DNA from: Leucoraja ocellata
Lineage: Eukaryota
DNA length: 64,000 nucleotides
Direction of reading: 5' to 3'
Assembly: GCA_036785375.1 (NCBI GenBank)
Contig: JAWMAR010000618.1
Span: 930,001-994,000, forward strand
Part shown: piece after piece, positions 12,440 through 26,266 of the stretch
Position numbering within the stretch: position 1 is the stretch's first letter
Layout: the number at the start of each line of letters is the position of its first letter
Position numbers and translations under genes: made by a program
The notes under the pieces: model-generated
Told to the model about the DNA's origin: nothing
The model's input: the letters and a program-made list of their open reading frames with translations, nothing else
Database searches by the model: none

Positions 12440-15050
12440 ATAGCTTCGATGTGGCTGGTCCTGGGCAAATTGCTGGTGATATTCATTCCTAGGAATCCAA
12501 ATCCTTCGATCATCTCTGCATCGGCACCCTCAATGTAGATCGGGGTATGTGTCATGCTTCACTTCCTGCTGTCATTCATTATCTCCTTTGGCTTGCTGAC
12601 ATTGAGAGAGAGGTTGGTGTGTTGGCACCAAGTTATAAGGTTCTCAATATCCTTTCTATACTCAGTCTCATTATTATTTGATATCTGCCCCACTATGGTG
12701 GTGTCGTCTGCAAACTTGTGACAGAGTTGGATTGGTACTAGGCTGCACAGTCGTGAGTGTATAAGGACTATTGTAGGGAGCCGAGAACACATCATGTCTT
12801 CTTAAGGCATGCGGGTACAGCAGAAAATAGTAAGGCGAGGTTAAAGATGTCCGTCAATACTCCCGCCAGTTGGTCCATGCAGGTCCTAAGGACGCATCCA
12901 GGAGCTCCATCTGGGTCAGTTGCCTTTCGTGAGTTCATCCTCTGGAAGACTGATCTTCCTTCTGCAACAGTGACTGTGGAAACAGGCACACTCAAGTCTG
13001 TCGTAATGAATGTCATCACTTTATTGGCCTTCTGCTCAAAGCAAGCAGAGAATTCATTCAGTTCATCAGGGAAGGGCCCACTATCACCAGCGATGCTGCC
13101 TGACTTTGCCTGGTAGCCCGTTATAGTTTACCAGCTTCACCACAGTTGACGGTGTTTGACCGGTTATGCTGGCACACAAATTTGTCGCAACATTGTTTCT
13201 TGGAATTCCTGATGATGTTGCGAAGATCATAATAACATTTTCTGTACCGTTCGGGTTTGTTTGACTTGACTTGACTTTGACTCGGAGGAGGATCCATCTT
13301 GGGGAACGGCTGCTAACCAGCTAACCTGCTAACCAGCAGCCGTCCGTTTAATCCATTTTTTTTCAGTTTTTAGTAAGTCTTGTCTTTCGTTTGTAGGAGA
13401 AATGGACTTCTTAATGTGGGGGGTAGGGGGCAATTCTACTTCTAGGTCCCTACCTGGTCGGTGAGGCAGCTTTTTTCCGGGCTGCCTGTCGACCCGTCCT
13501 CGTGGCCTACCAGCGTGCGTGGAGCGCTGTTTCCTGGTGGGGACCGCCCAGCACCTCGGCTTCAGTGGCGGCACAACGCTGGAGCGCTATCGTGGTGCGG
13601 AGCAGGCGATGCCTTGCCTGGGTCGCCGCGCTGGATCGACGCGCTGGAGCTCCGGTGAGATGTGACCGCCAAGATCAACACCTCCAGGCTGCGGGTCTGT
13701 GGAGCGGAGCGGACGGCGCCGACTTTAACATCAGGAGCCTGGGAGCTCCAACCCGGTGCGTCCCTGTCGGCTTCGGAAGCCGACAATCCCCTGCTAGGAA
13801 GCGACCGTTCCAGGTGGCCCAGCCACTGTGAGGACTCTCCCGACGCCGGGGCAACTCCACCTGGCCAGAACGGCCAGGAACATCGGGCCTCCGTAGAGGT
13901 AATAGCGGTGGCCTCAAATAGGCCTGACTTCTGGGAGAACTGGGGTTGGGGACTGGACATTGTGCCTTCCCCCACAGTGGTAACCATTGTGGGGGGATGA
14001 TTTTTCTGTGTGTAGTTACTATGTTAGTCTGTGTCCAAGATGGCTGTCGGAAGAGAGAGTGGATGCTGGCGCGCTTTAGCTGCCGCTGTTCTCTCTTCAC
14101 ATTGTGTTTTTTGATTTTTTTTGATTTTGTGTCTTTGGAGCGATTTCTATCTTTAATTTGTGTATTGATGATGTCCTTATTATTTATTTTTCTCCGACTA
14201 TATGTTTTTTTCTCTTCTGTTAATCTTTGTAATGTGTCGTTGAGATTTGAAAGGCGACCAAAAATAAAATTTATTATTATTATTATTACGTTGCTGTCTT
14301 GGCCTTAACTTGGAAATGGACCTCAGGGTTAATGCATGGTTTCCAGTTTGGGCACACTCGGATTGTCTTCTTTGGTACACATTCCTCTGTGCACTTTCTG
14401 ATGAAGTCTGCCACAGCAGCGGTGTACTCATTCAGGATGGCCGCAGATTCCCCGAATATGGACCAGTCTATTGACTCAAAGCAGTTGCATCGGATGTCAT
14501 CTGTTTCCGTAGATCAGCACTGAACAACTTTTTGTACTGGAGCGTCCCACTTCAGTTTCTGTTTGTTGGCCTGAAGTAGAAGTACAGCTGGATGATCAGA
14601 TTTACAGAAATGTGGTCGGGAATGGAGCGATAAGTGTTTTTTTATGGACGTGTACCAGTGGTTGAAGGTGTTCTGTTGTCCGGTGGGACAAGAGACATGG
14701 TGATAATAATTTGTTAGTACACTCTTGAGATTGGCTTATTGAAGCCCCTGGCGACAATGACCGGGGCTTTGGGGTGTTTGATCTCAGAGCTATTGCTAGC
14801 GGAGTACAATTCATTCAGAGCAAGCTTGACATCTGCATGGGGAGGAATGTAGACTGCTGTCAGGATGGTGGGATCAATTCCCGCAGCAGGTAGCAGGGAC
14901 GGCAGTTCACTGTTAAATATTCCAGGCCCAGTGACCATGTCTGAGCACCACTACATCTTGATTAGGAAACAGACCCCTAAGCTTGATAACAAAATCTGGT
15001 GAAGGGTGAAGCCCCCAGGTTGAACGGCCCAGTCAGGCACGAACAAGATA
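12440..15050 (-). mobile_element. Rex1/Babar-like LINE remnant, interrupted by element at 13284-14288
   Basis: Remnants KFADDTTIVGQI, RKATDPDGAPGCVLRTCMDQL, endonuclease-like ILTAVYIPPHA. Confidence 0.8.
13284..14288 (+). mobile_element. Non-autonomous retroelement with GC-rich body and L2-like 3' tail ending (TTA)n
   Basis: Ends gtgtcgttgagatttgaaaggcgaccaaaaataaaat(tta)n; CpG-rich body; nested inside the Rex1 remnant. Confidence 0.55.
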
Positions 15051-15546
15051 TTTACCCATCTTTGAAATATAGCTAGCAAAGCTGAGAACATCACAATTTA
15101 ACTAAATCAGGCAAGTAAATACATTTTTAAGTTTAACTGTGGAAGAAAAGTGCAAAAGAAAACATGTGACAAAAATATTATGTGATAGAAATGCCTACAA
15201 GATGTGTTACTTGACAGTAGGGACCTCCATATGCAAAATTTAAATAGTGAATTGATCTTTATAGCTCTCACAAAATCATAAACGGCTGAATTGAAGCCTG
15301 AGAAGCAAAAATCACAAAATCTTGGAAAACTGACAAGGAGATTATGGAGCATTGGGAAGAGGCGTTATGGGCGGCTGCATCTCAGTTTTGGAAAAGTCTA
15401 ATATTCTTGAGGGGAAGGGAATCAGGGAGAAAGGAATTCACAATTCCTTTGGTCCCGCGTGATTTGTCTGTTTCCAACCAACCCAGCCTTTTGCTAGTTC
15501 CCTTTATAGCCTTTAAATTCCCATTCCACCACATTTCCCATACTAG

Positions 15547-16065
15547 TCATAAAGTCATAGAATGATACAGTGTGGAAACACGCCCTTCAGCCCAACTTGC
15601 CCACACCGATCAACAATGTCCCAGCTACACGAGTCCCATTTACCTGCGCTTGGTCCATATCCCTCAAAACCTGTCCTATCCATGTACCAGTCTAACTGCT
15701 TCTTAAATAATGGGATAATTCCAGTCTCAACTACCTCTTCTGGCAGCTTGTTCAATACACCCACCATCCTTTGTGTGAAAAAGTTACCCCTCGGATTCCT
15801 ATTAAATCTTTTCCACTTCACCTTGAACCTGTGTCCTCTGGTCAATTCCCCTACTCTGGGCAAGAGACTGGGCATCTACCCGATTTATTCCTCTCATGAT
15901 TTTGTACACCTCTATAAGATCACCCCTCATCCTCCTGCGCACAATGGAATAGAGATCCAGCCTACTCAACCTCTCCCTATAGCTCACACCCTCTAGACCT
16001 GGCAACATCCTCATAAATCTTTTCTGAACCCGTTCAAAGCTTGACAATATCTTTCCTACAACATG
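15547..16065 (-). mobile_element. CR1-like LINE 3' end
   Basis: ERVQKRFMRMLPGLEGVSYRERLSRLDLYS..RRRMRGDLIEVYKIMRG; TRGHRFKV..GNFFTQRMVGV.NKLPEEVV. Confidence 0.9.
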
Positions 16066-17584
16066 GATACGCAGCCAGCTCTTCAATAAAAATATATATA
16101 TATTTACATGTTATTCTTTTCAAAATGACTGGGACAGAATATTACAATGGAGCATGTGTATATTTTACCTCAAATTAATTCTCAGGATGCAACATACATG
16201 TAAAAGTAGGACATTCAATACACTATGAGAAAGTATGAGAACCTATCAAATATATTAAAAGTACTTTTTTTTTCATGTGTTCATAATTTATATGATTTTC
16301 AATTTCTTGCATCTGCAAAAATGTTTATACCCCTAAAAATAACATTTTTCAATCAAATTTTCAACAGCAATGAAGCGAAATCCACTCTATAAAAGGTTTT
16401 TCGTTAAAGTAACAGTCCCAAACCAGAGATAATTGGACAACATTTGTTGACAAAACAATAATGCTGTCGCATGCTGCTATTTGCTTATTAAAAAAAGTCC
16501 AAGGAGGAATAATTGTCTTTGCCCCTACAGCCCTTCTGCTGATGATACTCAAGATTCAAGATAGATTTAATTGTCACATGTGCCAGATGGCACAGTGAAA
16601 TGAATTCCCATAAAGCCATACAATAAAAATAAACAGGACTCAACACACTATAGAATTTAACACAAAACATCTCCCACAGTATTGTTGACTTCCTAGTCAA
16701 TGGGAATTCCCATATGTTTGATGGTAAGAGATTTAGCATTGGTAATGACATTGGCTGCCAAGGGTAGTCATTTGATCATTCTCTTATTGGAGATGGTCAC
16801 TTCTTGATGGTTTTGTGGCATGATTGCTGTACACTATTTATCTGCCATGCCTGAATATTGTCCAGGTCTTGCTACATGCAGGTGTGGATAACTTCACATT
16901 GTTGGAAATGTTCTTTGTGTTGAATAAATGTCAGTGCTTTAATTGAAGATAGACACAAAAAGGTGGAGTAACACAGCGCGACAGGCAGCATCTCTGGAGG
17001 GAAGGAATGGGTGACATTTCTGGTCGAGACTCTTCTTCACAGTGTATAACACATTGGCTGGAAGTACCTCTATTTCAGGAAAAAGGTCTTCAATATTATA
17101 GCTGAGATATGCTCTCAGCTAATGCTTAATATCATATTCTATAAATCAAAGTAGCTGAAGACTGACATCTGAGATGGTGGCAATCGCAGGAGGAAGCTGA
17201 AATGGATCATCTACAGTATTTGACACTCCTGAACTAATACGGTTGTGAACACTTCATGTGCTGAGGACCAGTGTTGTTGAGAACGAGGATATTCTAAACG
17301 AGTGGGCGAGAACTTGGCTGATGCAATATAATGAGAAAAAATAGATGGAAACGAAAAGCAGAGTATTTTTTAAAATGGTGACAGATTGTTCAATGGGCTC
17401 CTGATGTCCTTCTACACAAGTCAATGAAAACAAACTCATGCAGAGATAAACAGGATGGATGCAGGAATAATGCTTACCCTGGTGAGGATGTACAGAATAC
17501 GGGGAATTCTCATTTAAAATTAAGAGATCTTTAACCAAGGCATTGTTAAATAGATAGAGGAACACAAAGAGACACAGGGATCTG

Positions 17585-18290
17585 CCAAAATATACGATAA
17601 AACTTTATTCATCCCTGGTGGGGAATTGGTCTGCCGACAGTCACAACACACAATGAAGGGACGCAATAACCCAAAATCTAATGTGAAGACACAAAGAAAA
17701 AGGCAAGCGACTGTTGGCTGGCTGCCATGTGCACAGTGCCCTAATGGAACAAACAAACACAGACTTATCCCCGAGGCAGAGGATTCTAAACCGGAGTGCC
17801 CCCCCCCCCCCCCCCCCACGCCCGGTCCCCATTGTATTCCCCTTCCCCCTCACGTTCATCCACCGCGAGGCCCCACTGCCACCGAGGCCCACGTTGCTGC
17901 CGAGGCTCCCACCGCAGCCGAGGCACCCGCTGCTGCTGCCGAGACTCCTGCTATCGCCACCGCTGAGGCTCCTTCGGCTCAGACAGGCATTGCCACCCGG
18001 CTTCACCTTAGGCCCCTGGGAGGCCTGTGGGGCGCGTCGGGTCTACCGGGGCGCGTTCTGGTCTTTGGTTGTCATTCTGGTCAACGGCAGCGCAGTTGTT
18101 CGGCGGGTGCAACGGGCCCACGTGGTCCGATCAATGTGCTTCTGGCTTATCCAATCTGCTAACAACACTGCACATATATGTACAAACATAGGTGCCCACT
18201 TGATAACCCCAATGACGTGTCTGCCTAGCCTTTCTCAACATCGGACGAACATAGGCGAGTGCAGAAGGCTCCCATAACCATCGGGAGTAA
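17585..18290 (-). mobile_element. Probable non-autonomous retroelement with GC-rich interior
   Basis: Retroelement-like 3' tail (gatgaataaagttttatcgtat on minus strand); CpG-rich ccgaggc repeats. Confidence 0.35.
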
Positions 18291-18295
18291 GTTGA

Positions 18296-18690
18296 AGGTT
18301 ACACAGAAAAGCTGGAGAAACTCAGCGGGTGCAGCAGCATCTATGGAGCGAAGGAAATAGGCAACGTTTCGGGCCGAAACCCTTCTTCAGACTGATCGGG
18401 GGTGGGGGTGGGTGGGGACAAGAAAGGGAAAAGGAGGAGTAGCCAGAAGGCTGGAGGGTGGGAGGAGACAGCAGGGGAGCTGAGGAAGGGGAGGAGACAG
18501 CAAGGACTAACAGAATTGGGAGAATTCGATGTTCATGCCCCGGGGGTGTAGAGTCCCCAAACGGAATATGAGGTGCTGTTCCTCCAATTTCCGGTGCTGC
18601 TCGCTGTGGCCATGGAGGAGACCCAGGACAGAGAGGTCGGAGGCGGAGTGGGAGGGGGAGTTGAAGTGCTGAGCCACCGGGAGGTCAGGA
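18296..18690 (-). mobile_element. Penelope-like element 3' end (GIY-YIG C-terminus + hammerhead at 18361-18393)
   Basis: LPDLPVAQHFNSPSHS..LSVLGLLH..RKLEEQHLIFRLGTLHP; CTGAAGA-a-gggtttcggccc-GAAAC-GTT. Confidence 0.85.
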
Positions 18691-19322
18691 AGTTGATATT
18701 TGGCCCTTTGGACTTTTAACATCTTGTCCTGTATATTTGTAAACATCAATCATTTACATTCACTTCATTAATCTTAAGTGATAATCTGAGTGTCATCGTT
18801 CACATAAAATATGAAACGAGGTCACCATCCGGCTGTGCAATTAAATGATCTCATGCTATCATTGAAGAAACACAGGAAAGGTTTTTTTTGTGGTCCTGTT
18901 CAGGCTTTGTAATTCAGTATCATTGTTACATAAAATACCCCGAGAAAAAAATTGCTATTTCACAAAGATTGCAGAGCACAAATTGCATACATTCCAAATA
19001 TGCAAGCTGGTGAATTGTTGATCCAAAATTTCCTTGGAGCACCTAAATTTCATCTGAAGTGCTTGAACAGAATTAACAGAGCAGTGCTCTGAGGAACAAA
19101 CTGAACATAAATTTACACTAAAAATGCACTGTACCTAATTTGGATGGGACACACAGTGTTGGTATAAAAGCAATTGAGATTTCAATAAGCAAACAAACCA
19201 CTCAGTTCAGAAAGATCAGCTGGTGTTTTCCTTCACTTAAAGCATGTGGCTCCAATATACTCAACCATGGTCAAATTGAATTTAAAATGTAATTTAAATC
19301 CAAATAAAATATTTTTTACATT

Positions 19323-19336
19323 CCACTAGGTGGCAC
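19323..19336 (+). promoter_or_regulatory. Candidate CTCF binding site
   Basis: CCACTAGGTGGCAC fits the CTCF core CCASYAGRKGGCRS and lies in non-repetitive sequence. Confidence 0.45.
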
Positions 19337-21648
19337 CAAATACCTTCTTCACCTCTACGAAAGTGGATAATTTTCTAAGCAGGATGTTAGCTTAATACAT
19401 CTTAGAATTATAGAGTGATAAAATGTGGTTGACGATTTGGACCACTGTCTTTAAAAGAGCCGTCTGCTCATTTTTAACTCGTGTATTTATTCCCCATTGT
19501 TCTCCAAATATTTCCTTTACAAGTATTTATGCAGGTTGCCCTGCCTGGAAATGTGCTCCAGGAAATTCTCATCTTGGCATATAGCAACCATTATTTAATC
19601 ATCTACCCATCATCTGAAGCATCCTGAAGTTCCAAGATAGAAAAGAGTTAACAGGCACTAGTCCCATTATTTTACCAAAAACGTAGGTACTTACATTGGA
19701 TCTCATTAACTACTTCAATTATTTATACATTTACTTGTATCTACTATAACCATTTAATTTAAATTATATCACCTTCATCCAACATCGTACTGAATACTTG
19801 ACTTAATCAAATTCCCATTGCTAATCCATTTAATGTATTAATTTCTTGCTCAATTCACAGTAAATTCCCATTATGAGGATATAGCTTTACTTTCTTCAGT
19901 AATGATCGTTCACAATATTATCTGATACATTTTAAAGGACAACATTTAAAAAAAAACACAATTTGGAAGGAAAAAATGAATGCATCTTGTTTCAGAATGC
20001 AATTTACAAGCCATGAATAAAACTATAATAATGCAATGCTTTAAAAGTGCATTACTCATTTGTTACCAACAATTTATAAAAAATCATTTAATCTTGAATG
20101 AACACCAAAAGTCATCATTTGCATTAACTCGTGGTACAAGAGCCAGATGACACTATACAAGAGGAACATTTCTGAAGTGCTTTGGCAGTTTTCTGTTGTT
20201 TCTCCACCCAGGGCTCAGTGCAATTTGGCTGTAAGCTATACCCAATTCCGTAAATTTTCTTGTAAAATGTAACACACCTGTTCGAAAGTTTTGGCAGTGC
20301 GGTGATGGGGTAGGATAGTGGAGCTTGTTGATCTATTTTCCATGCAGCTGAGCACCAATGTTTGAATATTCAGAGGGAATTCTGCCATATGCACATTAAT
20401 ATCCACAGTATAGCTATAGGATTATTAATATCTTGGTCACAATAATTTATCAAAAACAAAGTTGGACAAGAGTCGGGTTCAAACGCCAAGTGAAATATAT
20501 CTATCAACTCAAGGAAATTGATAGATACAATCACCCTGTTACATCATTCTATATTACTCTTGATTGGATTGTGCTATGCTGCATTGTCCTTAAAGACTGC
20601 TTCATCCATGATGGCTTTCCTGTTTAAAGCCCACAAATATGTGCTGCACAGCCATTAACCCATGGCTAGCAAGACATGTAATTCTACTGTTAAGTTGAAA
20701 ACCAAGTCAATTCAGATGATACTTTAATTTTTTTTATCCCCAGTTTCACCAAAAGAAACACACATTTGTCATGTTTAAACTGGGAATGAAACATAAACAA
20801 AATAGAACCTATGCAAGTAAAATTAGAAACCTACTTTACAATTGGAATTGAATTTATGAAATAGAAGTCCGATTTATTAATATGTCTTTGTTAGTCTAAG
20901 AATATAGAATTAGAATCTAAATTACATTTTAAATTCTTCTGTACCAAATGGACCTCAATCCAACTAAAATGTAAATAGCAGACAATTGGTTAATTTACAT
21001 TTGGAGTGTGAAACAGAGTACAGTTCATTTGCAGTTTCTATTTTCAGCCCAACCCTAACCCTAAAATACGGACGTAATACATTGGTTTTGGATAAAACAA
21101 ATCATAAACAGAAAAGGTCACTGCTGCAGGAGAAATTCTACAAACCATACAGAATAGAGGGGATACTAATTACCATGTATAATTATTACCTACAACTCTC
21201 TGTAGTAGTAATAAATCAATATTATATAGAACTGAAAAAATAGATGTAAACAAAAATAATCTGGTCTCCTACGTAAATAACAGTGGTACACTACCTGTGA
21301 AGAGAAACTGGTGTGCAGCAGCTTATGTTTTTGCTTTTTTCCAATTAATGACCCATCCACAGCAATAATTTTGATATTCAACAACCAATTGTTTCTGATT
21401 ATTCCAATTATTCCCAGTGAAACTTGGGAATAATTGGAATAATGAACAGTGAAACTGGGAATCCACTGTAGCTTTTACAACGATTCTCAATTGACCAAAG
21501 CCCTCTGTTGAAATTAACTGAACTGTTGTCTTGTTTAGCTTTGTAGTTGGCGAGTCAAATATACAGTAAAGTAATTACAACACATGCTATGCTGATCTTT
21601 GCGCTGATACTGAAAGGACAGTTCACATCTGCACCTCCTTTATTACAT

Positions 21649-22823
21649 ACTAGACTAAGTGGGATCCATTGTGTCCCAGCTTCACAAGGGAGGGCTGGTC
21701 CCCCAATGCAATATTCCACCTCGCCACAAATGTCAATATACACACACATGCACACCCTCCACCTCACACACACACACCCTCCACCTCACACACACATACA
21801 CTCACAAACACACACCCTCCACCTCACACACACTCACTCACACACACTCACAGACTCATACACCCAGATTCACACACACTCACACACACTCAGACTTAGA
21901 CACACACATACACTCAGACACACCCACACTCAGACACACCCACACTCACACATACACTCACACATACACTCACATACTCACACACATACTCACACTTACA
22001 GACTCACTCACAGACTCACTCACACACACACTCACACACACACTCACACACACACTCACACACACATACACTCACATACACTCACACACCATATATATGA
22101 CAGCAAACTTTCTTGAATCCACTCACACAGCTGAGCGCAGCCTATCCATTGTGGGGCTTCTGCAGTCAGTGGCACTTCCGCAATCAGTGTGACGCCTGCA
22201 CTTACTGGAAATTACGCAAACAGTGCAATCTCTGCATTCACCAGATATTACGCAATCAACGCGACCTGTGCACTAAGTGGAAGTCACAAAATGAGTGGGA
22301 CTTTTGGACTAAACATAGTCGGACCTAATAAAGCATTTATTTCTTCCAAACACAGTCGGGCCTAATAAAGCATTGCAGTTTCAAGCAAAGGCAGGGCAGC
22401 AGGCCAAACAACTCATAGCATTGTCATTAAGGGCTAACAAATCATTTATTGCAAGTACATTGCAGACTCACAGTTCAGTTGATCCACAGCTTAGAATGAC
22501 AGTCGTGGCCTCTCCCTCACGCAGAGTGACTGGCTCATGTCCAGGCCCCCCCCCCCCCCCCCCCCGGAAAGGGCTTTACCTTCATTGTGGTGAGTGACAG
22601 GCGAGAGGACCAATCAGCTGATCTCAAGGTTTTTTTAAACACTCATAACTTTTTTATTTTTCATCTATGGGAAAAATCCTCAGGGCTGGCTCAATGGAGG
22701 AGGACTGTCAGTAAGATAGTCAAAAATCACAGCGATACAGGGTAACGTTTTTTTCTAAAATCAATATACAGTGCAGACAGGAAGTGGTCAAGATGAGACT
22801 TTTAATTATATAGATAGATAGAT
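21649..22823 (+). mobile_element. Helentron/HINE-like non-autonomous element with internal CA-rich microsatellite
   Basis: Starts actagactaagtggga (shared with 56644 and 59425); ends ttttaattatatagat(agat)n; no evident TSD. Confidence 0.45.
21740..22090. repeat. Compound (CA)/(CACT) microsatellite
   Basis: Direct inspection. Confidence 0.9.
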
Positions 22824-24906
22824 GCTGTGACACTGCACCTCATTCATTTCACATAGAATTACAATTTATCTTCCCTATTGTATATGCAGTGAGAAGAGCA
22901 AGAGCTTAAATCACACCAAATTAGATACAGCCAAATCTGGTTTTTAGTCAGAGAGGAAAAATTCTAGATCACTCAAATCTTTTAGATAGATGAAAACTTC
23001 TTTCAAATTTAGTGCTATTCAAGAGGTTTTTTTAAATCGGCTATGCTGTATTTCCCCCCTTGGACTATTAACCAGTCATGTATATAATATATTATTTTCA
23101 TGATCATTGATTTTTTCTACACCTTTCGTATCGTCTTTATGAATTCGCAAAACCTAATTTCAATTAGCAATGTTAAATAGCAATACTTACAATTAAATAA
23201 AGCAGTTTTCCAGCATTCCAACATGGAATTACCCAAGCTGAATGCTGAAGAAACTTTTTTTACTGCAGATTCAGAAAGCGTAAAATGTTTAGTCTGGTTT
23301 TAATCATTTTAATACCAAACACAAAATCCAAAATAAATTCAGAATAAATGCAATTGGAGTCTAACAAAAAGTTAGAGGCAAGTGTACTACTCAACAATAC
23401 TCTAAACAAGAGGTAGACACAAAATGCTGGAGTAACTCAATGGGACAGGCAGCAGAGAGAAGGAATGGGTAATTTTTCGGGTCAAGATCCTTCTTCAGTA
23501 TTGGTTTGACATCACTCAGGATTTTTGATTTGGTCTTAAATGATGAAGAGCAAAAGGAACACCCTCAAAATGTTTTCTTGGAATTTTTTTAATTCTTTGA
23601 TTATAAATTGTAAGTCAGGCATAAAGGTCCAGTGTGTGAATTTTACACAAACATTGATTTTACTTTAATAATGATGCAAGTGGCGTTCAAAATCCACATA
23701 TAAACCAATAACTAATTCCATTTGTTTATATGGTGCATCAGTGACTTGACAATGCTGACCTAATAGACAGCAGTAGATTTTAATAAGGTAATAAAACATT
23801 GATAAGGTGATGTTTTTATTACCACCAGTTTTAATTTAGTTATATTTTACACTTCATTGAATTTATTTTAATAAGCTATAATACCTAATTGTAATAAACC
23901 CCCAAAAACACTTTTAAACTCAGACCAAATAAAAACTGAAGCATTCAAACACTATTCATCAACAATGCATTTATTACAAAACTGGATCTGCAACATGAGC
24001 CATAATTTTTTTTTTATCGGCCAAAAACAAGCTAAACTTAAGTAGCATTAAAGCTTGTTTCCGACTTTGTGACTGTGTCACATTGAATACCATGTCTGAA
24101 ATGTTCCCGTCGAGCATTTCTGATTGTGGAGTCTGTTGACTGATCCACAATCAGAGAGTAAAGAGCAAACGAAGGACAGATGTCAATATGTATTTCTGCA
24201 CAAAGATAAGCCGCTAAAACAGGTTGTCAAGGAAAGATGCTTGAGACCACAACAATGGATTCAATTCGAAGAAAATCTTTCGCTCGAACTGTAAGTCAGC
24301 CAAGTCAATATTCAGGAATCAAACTGAATACTGTCCAGTATTAAATCTGGAAGACATATTTTTAATTGGCTGTTGGAAGGTTGCTGACATGCAGTGGCAG
24401 AAACTGATACGCAGTGGAAGTTGGTCTTGGAGGACAGCCTTGAACAACTTTCGGCCTGGAATCCTAGCTTTCAATTACATTGTTCTGTGACCAGCTGACA
24501 GATAATTGTTTTCCAATTGCTATGACAGTAGCAGAATCAATTTGAGAGATCATCAGCTTTGTGATCTACAATCCCACCAGTTTGATGGAGAGACTGTCAG
24601 GCTGCCATGACACTCATTGAAAGCCCGCATCCAGAGCTATGATGGAACCCGTGTGAGATCTGCAAACTGAGCATGCCTTTGAAAGCTGCATTGGTTGTTC
24701 TGCAATGGTTGCCATAAAATAAAGTTGGTCAGCAGGCTTTGCAAGTATTGACATGCAGCTCACTATCATTACTATGTGGAAAGTTGATTCCAGGCTTCAC
24801 AATAAGGCATGTAGAATGCAAGAACTGGACACCCAACTTTCATTAATATCTCATACAGGATTTCAGGAAAACAAGATGATGTCCCATCAGTCATTTTAAT
24901 ACATTA

Positions 24907-25079
24907 GGTACACAAAAATGCTGGAGAAACTCAGCGGGTGCAGCAGCATCTATGGAGCAAAGGCCTATTTCGGCCTATTTCCTTCGCTCCATAGATGCTG
25001 CTGCACCCGCTGAGTTTCTCCAGCATTTTTGTGTACCTTCAATTTTCCAGCATCTGCAGTTCCTTCTTAAACACAAATG
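24907..25079. mobile_element. Penelope-derived fold-back insertion with 12-bp TSD
   Basis: Perfect palindromic arms; tttaatacatta at 24895-24906 and 25080-25091. Confidence 0.8.
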
Positions 25080-26266
25080 TTTAATACATTATCTACACTA
25101 ATCCTATTTGCCTGTATCCAACAATGCCTATCCGATGTAAATACCTGTACAAGTGCCTTCTAAATGCTGTAATTTTCGCTGTCTCCCATCTCCACTTAAC
25201 CACACTCAACGACAAGAATATTTTTACTAAACTCAGCAAAATCCCACCAGTTGTAATGAGTTCCCAATGTCACTACCTCAGATGTCTCTCCAAATCATTA
25301 TCTTTTACTGTTCACTACCACTGTCTATGTTTCTCATACGTTATATTATGACTCCATGTAAATGTTTTTAATACTTGTAGATTAAAAAAAAACTTACAAC
25401 AGAAAGTCTCACAAGTGTAAAATGTGTTTTTTCAAACCCAAGAAAAAATGCACATTGTCACACATTATAAAAGTTAACATACCAGCAATCATTTTGTTTG
25501 CAATAGAGAAGACTTCGCAATTAATACCTTTAAAAAACTTCACGTGGTTAGGTTAACAAGTCATTTCCATAAACAGCCATCACCTGGTGACGAACAATCG
25601 AAAATACTTGTTGCAATGTTTGCAAGAATACAATTTTTAATCTGCAGCGGTCACAGCAAATTTGAAATGATTGACAAAGAGCGTGAGAATAAAGCTGGTC
25701 AAATCAGATCAATATTATAAAGTGCCATGAAGATTGATTGTTTCTGAATGAAGTATCTAAATGTCAAAAATCAATTGCTATGGAAGAATATCTAAGCTTA
25801 CATTGGGATCTGGATGAGTTGGAAAGGTAGACCAAGAAATGGCAAAAAGAGTGCAACGTAGATAAGTGTGAGGTATTGCACTTTACTATACCAAACCAGG
25901 GCATGGCGTAGTTAAAAAGGCATTTAGTACATGCATTCATTGGGAAGGTTATCGAATACGAGAGTTGGGACATCATGATGCAGCTGTACAGGTTGTTGGC
26001 AAGACCACACAAAGTACCATGCAGGTCTGGTAAGCAGCAACATCTCCCAAGCAGCAACATCTTTCACCTTATTTTCCCACAGTTCAGATCCACTCTTTCC
26101 ATTAAAGGATCACCTTCCTAAGTCAGGTAACAGATTCTTCTTGCTGGGATAGCAATAAATACCCCTGTAATCAATCCGCTCTCCATCAGCATCAAGGCCA
26201 ACATCCCAAACTGAGTAAATTCTGCTATCCCTATATCTACCCCTGCAGTAAGATTGATTGACCAGA

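Noticed and set aside
13329-14100. Overlapping ORFs in all frames, and a tcctcgtgg motif resembling HDV L3
   Set aside because: GC-rich repeat with few stops; I could not build consistent P2/P3/J4-2 elements
17626-18277. 178-aa and 187-aa Pro/Ala-rich ORFs
   Set aside because: Produced by GC-rich short repeats inside a repeat element
21547-22192. His/Thr-rich ORFs
   Set aside because: Translation of a CA microsatellite
23191-25527. Two minus-strand candidate micro-exons (25483-25527 GINCEVFSIANKMIA; 23191-23244 FSLGNSMLECWKTALFN) with AG/GT ends
   Set aside because: No recognisable protein, weak acceptors, and expected by chance in 64 kb; RNA-seq would be needed
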